From the IMG/VR virus record IMGVR_UViG_2897375277_000002: 47,882 nucleotides of DNA; one strand, given 5' to 3'. The notes below the pieces were generated by a model. It saw only the letters and a program-made list of their open reading frames with translations. It was not told where the DNA came from and searched no databases. This stretch comes from a virus (lineage: Duplodnaviria > Heunggongvirae > Uroviricota > Caudoviricetes). A program made the position numbers and the translations under genes. Below are positions 1 to 10,134 of this stretch, one piece after another (position 1 is the stretch's first letter; every line of letters begins with the position of its first letter).

Positions 1-54
1 CATCCAACCGCAGCACGTTCTTGCATACGACGTGCTGCGGCATAATCCCAATGA

Positions 55-639
55 TTACTCCCTGACAGGGTTCGTAGGCCACTCAATATCAGGTGCAGTT
101 GATGTATCAACACGGTTCAGCAACACCCGATACTTTTTCCAGGCTTCCAGCAATGAGGTTTCTTCCTCCGTTGCGATTTCCAGATCTACAGCATCCTGAA
201 GTGGCGCAATATGCTCACTGGCTACCTGCATCAGGCTGTTTTTTGTTTCTTCCGCCTCCCGGATCCGGAATAGTTTTTCTGCTTCTGCATCTTTCACCCA
301 GGCTGTGCCGTTCCACTTCTGATATTCCCCTTCCGGCGATAACCAGGTGACATTTTCCGGTAACGGACCGAGTTCAGAAATAAATAACGCGTCCCCTGAT
401 GCCACGTCATAAACTGTTTTACCCCGATGGTCTTCAACAAGATGCCACGATGCATCATCACTGTTGAAAACAGCCACGAAGCCAGCCGGAATATCTGGCG
501 GTGCAATATCGGTACTGTTTGCTGGCAGACCTGTATGAGGCGGAATGTATGCGTCACCTTCACCAATAAATTCATTAGTTCCGGCCAGCAGATTATAAAT
601 TGTTATGGTCCGTGGTTGTTCACTCATTCTGAATGCCAT
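55..639 (-). CDS. tfa: tail fiber assembly protein
   Basis: 194-aa ORF directly downstream of stf; translation [12 protein letters not shown]... matches lambda-type Tfa as I recall it; ATG at 637-639 (cat on + strand). Confidence 0.85.
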   Translation of the reverse strand: MAFRMSEQPRTITIYNLLAGTNEFIGEGDAYIPPHTGLPANSTDIAPPDIPAGFVAVFNSDDASWHLVEDHRGKTVYDVASGDALFISELGPLPENVTWLSPEGEYQKWNGTAWVKDAEAEKLFRIREAEETKNSLMQVASEHIAPLQDAVDLEIATEEETSLLEAWKKYRVLLNRVDTSTAPDIEWPTNPVRE

Positions 640-3599
640 TATGCGAGCCTCACAATGTAGTTAAATGCGATGTTTTTGACGGTGTTTTCCGCGTTACCAG
701 CAGCGTTAACGGTGATGGTGTGTCCATGTGAGCCAATCGCAACAGAGTGCGTATGAGCACCAATACCGACAGTATGCGCGTGTGCACCTGCAGATGCTGC
801 TGTGCCGGACAGTGAGTGGGTATGCGCGCCAGCAGAGTTCGTATTCGCCATCGTGCCAACGCCCAGACCAACCGCCCCTTGTACCTGGTATGAGTTACTT
901 CCGACAGCTGTAGAACCATACTGATAGGTGTCTTTAAAAGTGCTTGTATTAAATCTGCGACCATCAACGTGCGAATGTGCTCCAGCCGAGCTTGTAGAGC
1001 CGCTCAGACTGTGCGTATGCGCCCCGGTGTTATTCGTGGATTTAGTGCCGTAATCAAACGACGATGTGGTTTTCGTACCCAAATCCGTACTGGATGCGCT
1101 GGCGCTGTGGGTGTGCGATTTAATGCCGTCCTGCTCCTGAGACAATACGGCACGACCACTGGCGGGCTTGCCCTTAATCGTCCAGCCACGCATATCAGGG
1201 ATCACGCCTGACGGATAAGCGACTGCAAGTTTCGGGTAGGCAGATTTGTCAAAAGTCTGCCCCTGCATCAGGGCATAACCAGACGGAACGGTATCCGATG
1301 GCCACGGGATTGGTGCGCCAGGCGGATAAAACTGCTCTGATGGCGTATAGAGTGAATAAACTGTACCGTCCGTTAACCCTTCCGGCTTATTAGCAGAATA
1401 TGCTGGTGACGTATGAATCGTCACGCTGGCATTACTGGTATAATCCCATTGAATATTTACACCAGTCGCATAATTTCCGATTGCAACGTAAATATCGTAA
1501 GTATCACCAGATGTATTGACCCAGGCAAAATTTGTAAACCCTGTCGATGTGCGCTGCCATAAAGCACCAGTAATCCCCTTCGGATTACCATTACCTGCAC
1601 GCAAAACAAGTTCAGATATACCTGCCTGTTGAGGTGACCCCACGTTAAATCCCGCGCCACCAATCAACGTAATTGAAACAACAGAACTCTCCTGTGGCAT
1701 GGTTACCGTTGCTAATTTGAACCAACCAGCACCACCGCTGAATGACATTGTTGTTGAGTTAAGCGTACCAATATCTTTCGGCGTCAGTGTTATATCCGCT
1801 GAAAGCGCCTTACCATTCACCTTACGGGCAGAAGGTACCCGACCATTCGCATTATCATTAGCTGCTTTCACTGCTTTCGGTGTCGCGGCAAGCGTTTCAG
1901 ATGCGCTGTTGGTTGCACTACTGAGCTGGACAATTCCTTTTTGTGCTGTCGTAGCGTCCTGAGCAGTATATTTCCCGTTAGCAAGGTCATAGGCTGCCTT
2001 TACCGACTTTGGCGTTGCCGCCAGCATTTCAGATGTGCTGTTGGTCGCGTTGCTAAGCTGAACTATCCCTTTCTGTGCTGTCGTTGCATCCTGTGCGGTG
2101 TATTTCCCGTTAGCCAGCTCATACGCGGCCTTAACGGCTTTTGGCGTTGCCGCCAGTGACTCGGAAGTGCTGTTAGTCGCACTGCTGAGCTGTACTATCC
2201 CCTTTTTCGTCGTGCTCGCATCCTCAAGCGCCACGGCGGATGCAATATCCTCTGCCCGTTTTGCCGCTGTCTCGGCGCGCGTTGCCGCGGATTCCGCCGT
2301 ACTTTTGCTCTGAGCTGCCGCCGTCGCACTGCCAGCTGCCTCTGTCGCCTTCGTGGATGCCGTCGTGGCGCTGCCCTTTGCTGCTGACGCCTGTCTGGTC
2401 GCCTCATCTTTTGAAGCAGACGCCGATGATGCCGATGACGCCGCCGAACTGGCGGACGATGCGGCAGCCGTTTTTGAGGATTCTGCGCTGGTTTCCGACG
2501 CTTTCGCGTTCGTCTCGGATGTCTTCGCTGCGGAAGCAGACCTCGCTGCTGCGCTGGCCTGTTCAGTGGCTTCGCCAGCCTTCGTTGTGGCTGTTGAAGC
2601 GGACGATGCGGCGCTTTCTGCCGATTTTCCGGCGGCGCTAGCACTGGCTGAGGCCTGCCCGGCACTTGTTGACGCTGCACTGGCAGACGACGCAGCCGCT
2701 GTTTTTGAGCCTGCCGCAGCTGAGGCACTCTGTTCCGCTGCCGTTTCAGAAGACCTGGCGTTTGTCTCAGACGTCTTTGCCGCCTTCGCGGAATTGCCTG
2801 CCGCCGTTGCCGAGGAAGCGGCACTACTGGCGCTTGATGATGCGTTCGTTTCTGATGATTTCGCTGCCTCTTTTGAGGCCGACGCATCCCGGGCTGAGGT
2901 GGCAGCTTCTGACGCCTTCGTGGTCGCGGCGGATGCAGAAGTGGCTGCTGATTGTTGTGACGCTGCCGCATTCGTTTCTGACGTTTTCGCCGCAGCGGCA
3001 CTGGTAGCTGCCGCGCTTTTTGAGGACTCTGCAGCAGCAGCACTTTTCGATGCTTCACTGGCCTTTGCTGATGCCGTTCCTGCGCTGGAAGATGCTGACT
3101 GAGCAGATGATGCAGCCTGTCCGGCTGACGTGCTGGCGGCACGAGCTGAGCCTGCAGCATCGGTTGCATGAGTTGCCGCCTCACTGGCAGATGTGCTGGC
3201 ATCACTGGCTGACTTCTTCGCGGCAGCCGTGTTCTGTGCCACTGCGGACGCGTTACGCGCCACCTCTTCCACCATCAGTTCAAAACGTCGCAGAGCCTCC
3301 GGACGGGCATCATCCTCCGTCATGGCACCGAGAAAATCATTCAGCGTACCGGGTCGGGAATCTTCATACACGGTGATGGTCCCGGCATGTGACGGCGGGA
3401 ATCCTTCCACCAACAGAATAACGCTGTACTGACCGTACTCAACGTCCATGCTGTAACGCCCGGCTTCATCCGGATTTTCTGAGGCCAGCGTGTTCACCAC
3501 CACCGTGGTGCTGTTACGTTTTGCTTTCAGCTGGATTGTGCAGTTCTGTACCGGTTTTCCTGTGCCGTCTTTCAGTACACCTGAAATCTTTACTGCCAT
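639..3599 (-). CDS. stf: side tail fiber protein (mosaic: lambda-like N-terminus, Ala/Ser-rich shaft, collar-like and His-rich C-terminal domain)
   Basis: ORF track gives 639..3605 from a GTG; in-frame ATG at 3599 yields [20 protein letters not shown]... as in lambda Stf. Long low-complexity Ala/Ser/Thr segment, three tandem 41-aa repeats, C-terminal GAHTHSLSG / GAHAHT His-rich repeats. Confidence 0.9.
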   Translation of the reverse strand: MAVKISGVLKDGTGKPVQNCTIQLKAKRNSTTVVVNTLASENPDEAGRYSMDVEYGQYSVILLVEGFPPSHAGTITVYEDSRPGTLNDFLGAMTEDDARPEALRRFELMVEEVARNASAVAQNTAAAKKSASDASTSASEAATHATDAAGSARAASTSAGQAASSAQSASSSAGTASAKASEASKSAAAAESSKSAAATSAAAAKTSETNAAASQQSAATSASAATTKASEAATSARDASASKEAAKSSETNASSSASSAASSATAAGNSAKAAKTSETNARSSETAAEQSASAAAGSKTAAASSASAASTSAGQASASASAAGKSAESAASSASTATTKAGEATEQASAAARSASAAKTSETNAKASETSAESSKTAAASSASSAASSASSASASKDEATRQASAAKGSATTASTKATEAAGSATAAAQSKSTAESAATRAETAAKRAEDIASAVALEDASTTKKGIVQLSSATNSTSESLAATPKAVKAAYELANGKYTAQDATTAQKGIVQLSNATNSTSEMLAATPKSVKAAYDLANGKYTAQDATTAQKGIVQLSSATNSASETLAATPKAVKAANDNANGRVPSARKVNGKALSADITLTPKDIGTLNSTTMSFSGGAGWFKLATVTMPQESSVVSITLIGGAGFNVGSPQQAGISELVLRAGNGNPKGITGALWQRTSTGFTNFAWVNTSGDTYDIYVAIGNYATGVNIQWDYTSNASVTIHTSPAYSANKPEGLTDGTVYSLYTPSEQFYPPGAPIPWPSDTVPSGYALMQGQTFDKSAYPKLAVAYPSGVIPDMRGWTIKGKPASGRAVLSQEQDGIKSHTHSASASSTDLGTKTTSSFDYGTKSTNNTGAHTHSLSGSTSSAGAHSHVDGRRFNTSTFKDTYQYGSTAVGSNSYQVQGAVGLGVGTMANTNSAGAHTHSLSGTAASAGAHAHTVGIGAHTHSVAIGSHGHTITVNAAGNAENTVKNIAFNYIVRLA
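1858..2232 (-). repeat. three tandem ~123-bp coding repeats inside stf (each encoding ~[44 protein letters not shown])
   Basis: Near-identical 41-aa units visible in the Stf translation and as repeated DNA on the + strand; boundaries approximate. Confidence 0.7.
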
Positions 3600-3610
3600 A
3601 TTCACCCCAC

Positions 3611-3637
3611 AAAAAAGCCCGCCTGAACCGGCGGGCT
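3611..3637 (-). terminator. putative intrinsic terminator downstream of lom
   Basis: On minus strand: AGCCCGCC-GGTTCA-GGCGGGCT stem-loop followed by TTTTTT; lies between lom stop and stf start. Confidence 0.5.
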
Positions 3638-3663
3638 GTCATAACACTGTGTTACCTGGCTAA

Positions 3664-4263
3664 TCAGAACTTATAACCGACACCCACGATGAAACCGTCA
3701 GTGCGCCAGTCGCCACTGCCGGAGCCTTCATAAGCGATATCAATGGCCACGGATTCGGTCGGGTTAAACTGCACGCCAGCTCCCCACGCCAGAGACGTGT
3801 TGCTGTGGCGACCGTCATCACTTCCGGTCAGCACATCGTGCGTTTTCCCCTTATTGTCAGTTACGCGGATATAATCCCCGGAGAAAGTCGACACACGGCT
3901 GTAAGCCATACCCGCCATCGCATACGCGCTGAACCATTCATTCACGCGCACAGACGGCCCCGCCATCACGCTGAACCAGCGGTTACGCACGGAATCTTCA
4001 TGCCAGCGGGTATCGCTGTAACGGGTAAGCTGGCGATTCTTGTCTCCTGCATAGCTGAATGACGTCACCAGCCCCAGTGTGTCCGTAAACTCATAACGGT
4101 ATTTCACGTTAATCCCGTTAAGATCATCGCTGCCGGGAACGTTCGTCGAGGCATGAAGATACCCCGCGCTCAGCGTGGACTGATGTTCAGATGCCCATGC
4201 AGGCGCACCGGATACGGCCAGACAAATGGCTGCGGACAAAATGGCGGCATAAAGTTTACGCAT
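3664..4263 (-). CDS. lom: outer membrane protein Lom (Ail/Lom family)
   Basis: 199-aa ORF with signal peptide ([24 protein letters not shown]) and C-terminal ...GVGYKF beta-barrel ending; matches lambda Lom as recalled. Confidence 0.9.
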
Positions 4264-4332
4264 AATTACCTCTCGCTTTTCTGCAATAAAAAAGGCACCA
4301 TTTCTGGTGCCCTTATATGGGTTATAACAATT

Positions 4333-7300
4333 TCAACGAATACTGATGCCGGAAGCGGCTTTTTTGGTCACAATCACCGTACAGTCGGTGATATTACCTG
4401 CCCACTGATTGCCTTTATGGAAAACCTTAAACTCCAGAGTGACGCTTCCCCTACCACTCGGCATATCAATAACCGCACTGTAGCTACCGGGAATGGCCCC
4501 TTTAGTTTCTCTGGATGCGATTAATACACCGTTTTTGCGAACTTCAAAACCATACCCCGTGTATCTTGTACCTCCCGGGTTATTACCACTTCCCGGATCG
4601 CTATACGCTATTCCGTTAAAGATAATGGGCGGAATAATGATTTGACGGTCAAAGTTATGATCATCGCTGATGGTGACTGTAACCGTCCCGTTTGGTGTTT
4701 CCGTATTACCCCACGTACCAGCCTGTTTCGGGAATGATTTGGATACAGCTTTAACGAAGTCACCTCTGACCTGAGTCGCCTCCAGCATGCCCTTAATCGT
4801 ACAGTTTTCATTTACCGTGACATTGTTGAGCGTCCCGGCGTTCGCATTCACACTGCCACTGATATCCGCATTTTTAGCGGTCAGCTTTCCGTCCGGTGTC
4901 AGGGAAAATGCCGGTGGATTACCGCCGCTGGTAATGGTCGGAGCCGTCAGGCGTTTCAGGAACACGTCGTTCATGAATATCTGGTTGCCCTGCGCCACAA
5001 ACATCGGCGTTTCATTCCCGTTTGCCGGGTCAATAAACGCGATACGGTTAGCAGCAACCAGAAACTGGCTCAGTTTGCCTTCCTCCGTGTCCTCCATACT
5101 GAGGCCAATACCCGCGACATAATGTTTGCCGTCTTTGGTCTGCTCAATTTTGACAGCCCACATGGCATTCCATTTATCGTTGGCATCCTTCCACTCTTTC
5201 GAAAACTCATCCAGTCTGCTGGCGTTATCCTCCGTCAGATCGACTTTTTCCAGCAGCTCTTTACCGAGATGGGATTCGGTTATCAGGCCTTTGAAAAAAT
5301 CCAGGTAACCTTCGGCATCATCGCTCGCCCGACCGACGGCCTCCACGAATGCCGATTTGCCAACGGTGTTCACACTGCGGATATAAAAGTAATAATCATG
5401 GCCCGGTTTGATATTGATACTGGCGGCTATCCAGTACAGCCCCGTGCCAAGGTAGCGGGCTGTGGTTTCAACCTGCCTGATATCGGTAATCCGCGTTTCC
5501 GAGAACCAGAACTCAAACTGTACAGTCGGATCATAAACCGCAAGATGCGGCGTGGCGGTTATCTGAAAATAGCCCGGCGTCAGCTCAATCCGCGATGGCG
5601 CTGCCGGTGCGGCAATCCGGAACGATACCGACGCCGGATCGCCCTGCTGCCCCCAGGCATTTACCGCCCGGACTGTCAGACTGTAATTTCCCAGAGCCAG
5701 CTGCCTGAAGCGGTATGTGGTTTCCGTCGTCCGGGCCGTGCTGACCAGCCGCTCACTGCCGTCATCCGCTGCCACGGTCAGGCGAAGCATAAAGCTCACG
5801 CCCTTCACCACCTTCGGCGTATCCCAGCGCGCCAGCACCTGGTATTCCCCGCTGTCTGCGGTGACTTCTGCGGTCAGGTGTTGCACTGCTGGCGGAGTGA
5901 CACCATTCACCGTGCCGCTCTGGTCGCCGTCAAAGTGCGCCCCGTTATCCACGATGGCCTCTTTCTCCGGTACATGCTGCACGGCAGTGATGGCATACGT
6001 GCCGTCGTCGTTCTCACGGATACTCACGCAGCGGAACAGGCGCTGGCGCAACGTCGGCAACTTCAGCCCCCACACGCTGTATTCAGCAACGCCGTCGGGA
6101 ACACGGCTCACTTTCACCTTCACGCCGTCGGTGACGGACTGGACCTCCACGCTGACCGGATTACCCTCACCGTCAACCAGGCTTATCAGCGTGGTGCCGG
6201 AGGATGGCAGCGTGATTTCACGGTCGAGCGTCAGCGTCCGGGTCTGGCTGTTTACCGCCAGCACGCGCCCGCCGGTGCTGATACCGGCATAGTCATCATC
6301 ACAGATTTCAATGACATCGCCCGGCACATGGCGAAGCCCTTCTGCGCCCACGCTGAAGTCCACGGTCTGCGTTTCCAGCAGTTCTGTTTTAATCAGCCAC
6401 AGCCCGGCGCGGTGTGCCTGCCCCCGGCTGGTACAGCCAAAAGCATCCATCTTCGTGACGTTACGACCGTAACGGGCAATGGCCTGCGTATCCTCCACAA
6501 GCTCTGTCGCCGTCTCCCAGCCGTTGTTCGGGTCAATCCAGTTCACCTCAACGGCATTATGGCGGTCTTTCAGGGCGCTGAAGCTGTAGCGGAACGGCGC
6601 GCCATCATCCGGCATCACCACATTACTGCGGTTATAGGTCCACACCTTATCCGATGGCCGGTCCTGCACAAACGTCAGCGTCTGCCCGTTCCATACCGGC
6701 ATACAGCGCATCGCCGAGCAGAAATCACTGAGCACATCCCACGCCTTGCGCTGCGTGGTCAGCCAGGCATTACAGGTAATACGCGGCTCCGTGCCACCAA
6801 AGCCATCCGGCACCGACTGGTCGCAATTCTGGCCGATGACATACAGCGCCCATTTATCCACATCCGCCGCACCAAGACGTTTCCCCATGCCGTAGCGCGG
6901 ATGGGTCAGCATATCCCACAGACACCAGGCCATGTTGTTGCTGTATGCCGGTTTAAACGTTCCGTCCCAGATACCGCTGTATTGCCGCGTCTGCGGGTTA
7001 TAATTCGACGGCACCTGCAGAATACGCCCGCGCAGATGATAATTACGGCTCACCTGCTGGCTGCCGAACTGCTCCGAGTCCACCTGCACGCCGACCAGTG
7101 CCGTGTTCGGGTAGCACTGTTTCACATCGATAATTTCGGTGTATGACGACCAGAGCGTTTTGTTCTGCAGCTGGTCTGTGGTGCTATCCGGCGTCATCCT
7201 GCGCATCCGGATATTAAACGGGCGCGGCGGCAGGTTATCCACCACCACCGAGGCCAGATACTGCGAGGTGGTTTTGCCCTTAATGGTGATGTCTTTTTCC

Positions 7301-7728
7301 GTCACCCAGCCACCATTACGCTGTATCTGAACCAGCAGGCGAACTTCCGACGGATTCCGGTCCCCCTTTGAGGTGGTTTCCACCAGTGCCTGTACACCGA
7401 AGGTAAAGCGCAGTCGGTCGATGTTTGCCGACGTGATGGTGCGGGTGATCGGCGTGTCGTATTTCACTTCCGTACCCAGCACCGTCTCGGAGCCGGAGGA
7501 TTCAAATCCCTCCGGCGGTGTCTGCTCCTGCTCACCGGCCCGGAAAACCACCGTGACACCGGAGATATTGGTATTCCCCTCACTGTTCAGCAGCACACTT
7601 TTTAATCCGTCCACCGGACCTTCAATCGGCCCTTCACTGATGGCGTCTATCACGCTCAGCATCTGGGATGATTTCAGGTTGTCCTTCGCTTCGCGCGGGG
7701 TATGCCCCTTACTGCTGCCTTTACCCAT
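4333..7728 (-). CDS. J: tail tip host-specificity protein J
   Basis: 1131-aa [40 protein letters not shown]... typical lambda gpJ; position after I. Confidence 0.95.
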   Translation of the reverse strand: MGKGSSKGHTPREAKDNLKSSQMLSVIDAISEGPIEGPVDGLKSVLLNSEGNTNISGVTVVFRAGEQEQTPPEGFESSGSETVLGTEVKYDTPITRTITSANIDRLRFTFGVQALVETTSKGDRNPSEVRLLVQIQRNGGWVTEKDITIKGKTTSQYLASVVVDNLPPRPFNIRMRRMTPDSTTDQLQNKTLWSSYTEIIDVKQCYPNTALVGVQVDSEQFGSQQVSRNYHLRGRILQVPSNYNPQTRQYSGIWDGTFKPAYSNNMAWCLWDMLTHPRYGMGKRLGAADVDKWALYVIGQNCDQSVPDGFGGTEPRITCNAWLTTQRKAWDVLSDFCSAMRCMPVWNGQTLTFVQDRPSDKVWTYNRSNVVMPDDGAPFRYSFSALKDRHNAVEVNWIDPNNGWETATELVEDTQAIARYGRNVTKMDAFGCTSRGQAHRAGLWLIKTELLETQTVDFSVGAEGLRHVPGDVIEICDDDYAGISTGGRVLAVNSQTRTLTLDREITLPSSGTTLISLVDGEGNPVSVEVQSVTDGVKVKVSRVPDGVAEYSVWGLKLPTLRQRLFRCVSIRENDDGTYAITAVQHVPEKEAIVDNGAHFDGDQSGTVNGVTPPAVQHLTAEVTADSGEYQVLARWDTPKVVKGVSFMLRLTVAADDGSERLVSTARTTETTYRFRQLALGNYSLTVRAVNAWGQQGDPASVSFRIAAPAAPSRIELTPGYFQITATPHLAVYDPTVQFEFWFSETRITDIRQVETTARYLGTGLYWIAASINIKPGHDYYFYIRSVNTVGKSAFVEAVGRASDDAEGYLDFFKGLITESHLGKELLEKVDLTEDNASRLDEFSKEWKDANDKWNAMWAVKIEQTKDGKHYVAGIGLSMEDTEEGKLSQFLVAANRIAFIDPANGNETPMFVAQGNQIFMNDVFLKRLTAPTITSGGNPPAFSLTPDGKLTAKNADISGSVNANAGTLNNVTVNENCTIKGMLEATQVRGDFVKAVSKSFPKQAGTWGNTETPNGTVTVTISDDHNFDRQIIIPPIIFNGIAYSDPGSGNNPGGTRYTGYGFEVRKNGVLIASRETKGAIPGSYSAVIDMPSGRGSVTLEFKVFHKGNQWAGNITDCTVIVTKKAASGISIR

Positions 7729-7788
7729 TCGTCATGCTCCATAAACGATAAAACCGCCCTGAGGCGGTTTCACATAAAACGTTTTTCA

Positions 7789-8460
7789 TCAGCGACCAAT
7801 CACCACAACCTGACCACCATCCCCTTCGTCTGCCGTGCTGATCTCCTGAGAAGCCACCCGCGACCCCACGCGCATTTCACCGTACAGAACAGGCAGAACA
7901 TTGCCCTGGGCAACCATGTTATCCAGTGAGGAGAAATAGGTGTTCTGCTTACCGTTATCCGTTGTCTGTGTACGGGGAGTTCTGGCTTTCGGTGCCAGCA
8001 TCTGCGCCACACCACCAAGTACCATACTGGCACCGAGAGAAAACAGGATACCGGTCATACCACCGGCCCCAATGGCTGCCCCCCATGCTGCAAGGGTGGC
8101 TCCGGCAGTAAAGAATGATCCGGCAATGGCGGCAGCCCCCAGAACAATCTGGAATACGCCCCCTGACTTGGCCCCGGCGACTCTGGGAACAATATGAATC
8201 ACAGCGCCGTCAGGCAGAACCTCATGTAACTGCGCCGTCAATCCGGACGTGCTGACGTCCCGCCCGGAAATCCGTACCTGATACCAGCCGTCGCTCAGTT
8301 TCTGACGAAACGCCGGGAGCTGTGTGGCCAGCGCCCGAATGGCTTCAGCCCCCGTTTTCACACGAAGGTCGATGCGGCGGCCAAATCGTTGTAAATCCCC
8401 GTAAAGGCAGATGCGCGCCATGCCCGGTGACGCCAGAGGGAGTGTGTGCGTCGCTGCCAT
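7789..8460 (-). CDS. I: tail assembly protein I
   Basis: 223-aa ORF MAATHTLPLASPGMARICLYGDLQRFGRR... matching lambda gpI. Confidence 0.9.
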   Translation of the reverse strand: MAATHTLPLASPGMARICLYGDLQRFGRRIDLRVKTGAEAIRALATQLPAFRQKLSDGWYQVRISGRDVSTSGLTAQLHEVLPDGAVIHIVPRVAGAKSGGVFQIVLGAAAIAGSFFTAGATLAAWGAAIGAGGMTGILFSLGASMVLGGVAQMLAPKARTPRTQTTDNGKQNTYFSSLDNMVAQGNVLPVLYGEMRVGSRVASQEISTADEGDGGQVVVIGR

Positions 8461-9101
8461 TTGTCGGTATACCTCTCTCGTTTGCTCAGTTGTTCAGGAA
8501 TATGGTGCAGCAGCTCGCCGTCACCACAGTAAATGGCGGCATGATTCGGCACCGATGAACCAAAACAGCACAGCAGCACATCGCCCGGTTGTGCTGATGA
8601 CAACGGCACCTGATACAGCCCTGTGGCCTCCAGATTATCCAGATAGAGATTCTGACCGTGACGCCACCAGTCATCCCCGCGATGAAAATCCGGCATCTCA
8701 ATCCCCGCCAGATGATAAGCATCCCGGAACAGCGTGTAACAGTCCGTCACCCCGTGCTCAAAGCGCCGCCCGGTGAGATGCGGCACACAGCGGAACTTAT
8801 GAATCGTCCCCCGGCAGACCAGCCACCACGGCAAATCACTCTGCACCTGCAGCCGCCGGTCAGCCTCACTCAGCCAGGGCAGACCACCGGGATGACTGTG
8901 GACCAGTGCCACAATCTCACCCTGCATCTCTGCCTGCAGCCAGTCCTCCGGAGCCATCCGGAAATAATCCTCCGGCTCACCGGAAATATTCACGCAGGGA
9001 AAATATCTTTCCCCCTCCGGCGCTCTCACCACGAAGCCGCACGACTCCGCTGGCGCACATCGCCGGGCGTGCGCCAGAATCGCTGATTCTGCCTGTGTCA
9101 T
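8358..9101 (-). CDS. K: tail assembly protein K (JAB/MPN + NlpC/P60 domains)
   Basis: 247-aa ORF beginning 6 nt after L stop; contains HSHPGGLPWLSEAD (JAMM-like) motif. Classical lambda annotation is 199 aa, which would start at the internal Met at 8957. Overlaps I by 103 nt. Confidence 0.85.
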   Translation of the reverse strand: MTQAESAILAHARRCAPAESCGFVVRAPEGERYFPCVNISGEPEDYFRMAPEDWLQAEMQGEIVALVHSHPGGLPWLSEADRRLQVQSDLPWWLVCRGTIHKFRCVPHLTGRRFEHGVTDCYTLFRDAYHLAGIEMPDFHRGDDWWRHGQNLYLDNLEATGLYQVPLSSAQPGDVLLCCFGSSVPNHAAIYCGDGELLHHIPEQLSKRERYTDKWQRRTHSLWRHRAWRASAFTGIYNDLAAASTFV

Positions 9102-9106
9102 GGGAT

Positions 9107-9805
9107 TTACTGCGAAAGTTTGTTAATGGAAAGGAAGCCGCCAAAGTTGCCGACGTTATTGCGGAACTTACAACCGCTCAGGCATTTGCTGCATTTATCC
9201 TTCGTGATATCGGACGTTGGCTGGTCATATTCATCCGCGACCGCCGGACCGTGATAACCGCACTCATCGCCGCGATAGGTCCAGGTGCAGGTGTTGGCCA
9301 GCATGATACGTCCCGGAAAAACAGCGCCGTCCGTTTCCGTCGGCGTGGACAGTACAAAAGAGGCACTCACCGCGCTCAGTTCGCTGCACTGCTCAATGCG
9401 CCAACGGCTGATCACCTCCTGCTCCGGATCGGCGTCACTGTTTCCGTTGACGAAGTTCACCGCATCCAGAAAACGGGCGTAAACCTTACGCCGGACCACC
9501 GTTCCGCCGACCAGACTCTGCAGATCTTCCGCCATCCCGGTGACCATACCGTACAGGTTAGAAACCGTCAGCGTGGGGCGCGTACTGGTGCCTTTGCCAT
9601 TCAGTTCAAAACCACTCCCCTGAATGGGATACGGCTGATACTGTCGCCCCTGCCAGGTGACCGGCTCACCTTTTTCGTTCTGCTCATTACAGAAAAAATA
9701 ACGTTCTCCACCGACCTCTGTCAGATCGATTTCCCAGAGCACCACGCTGGCCGACTGCTCCGCACGGGTGCATTCATTCAGTGTTTCCTGCCGGATATCC
9801 TGCAT
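9107..9805 (-). CDS. L: tail tip assembly protein L
   Basis: 232-aa ORF MQDIRQETLNECTRAEQSASVVLWEIDL... with C-terminal Cys cluster (CSKCLSGC); matches lambda gpL. Confidence 0.9.
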   Translation of the reverse strand: MQDIRQETLNECTRAEQSASVVLWEIDLTEVGGERYFFCNEQNEKGEPVTWQGRQYQPYPIQGSGFELNGKGTSTRPTLTVSNLYGMVTGMAEDLQSLVGGTVVRRKVYARFLDAVNFVNGNSDADPEQEVISRWRIEQCSELSAVSASFVLSTPTETDGAVFPGRIMLANTCTWTYRGDECGYHGPAVADEYDQPTSDITKDKCSKCLSGCKFRNNVGNFGGFLSINKLSQ

Positions 9806-10134
9806 CAGTTCACCACCTGTTCAAACTCTGCGCTGAACTCAACACGCAGCATACTGACCCGCGACGACCATTTTGCGCAGGTCACCTTTATCTGCCGCCA
9901 CTCATAAGGCGGCGTCCACAGAAAGGCTTTCCAGCCCCCGTGCTCAGCCAGAAACGACTCCAGCGCCGCGGCCTCCCAACGGGGAACAGAAAGCGTCACG
10001 CTGTACGTTTTCAGGTCGGCATTCAGCCCGGCAGGCGCTCGCTGGGAATAGCCATCACCAAAGCGCACTTTCCTGACGGAAGGGGCCGAAGCCACATCCA
10101 TACCGGGTTTCACTTTCCAGCGGAAGGTCTTCAT
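9805..10134 (-). CDS. M: tail tip assembly protein M
   Basis: 109-aa ORF between H and L; matches lambda gpM length and sequence as recalled. Confidence 0.9.
   Translation of the reverse strand: MKTFRWKVKPGMDVASAPSVRKVRFGDGYSQRAPAGLNADLKTYSVTLSVPRWEAAALESFLAEHGGWKAFLWTPPYEWRQIKVTCAKWSSRVSMLRVEFSAEFEQVVN

Noticed and set aside
2353-3102. 249-aa Ala/Asp-rich ORF on the + strand (antisense to stf)
   Set aside because: Antisense reading of the same repetitive region; composition artefact.
2195-3205. 336-aa Arg/Gln/Pro-rich ORF on the minus strand inside stf
   Set aside because: Alternative frame of the GC-rich, repetitive Ala/Ser-coding region of stf; extreme low-complexity composition, no independent RBS, fully nested in a well-supported gene.
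5122-7146. 674-aa ORF on the + strand antisense to J
   Set aside because: Entirely antisense to the well-supported J gene, Arg/His-rich with no recognisable domain; long open frames are expected opposite GC-rich coding sequence.
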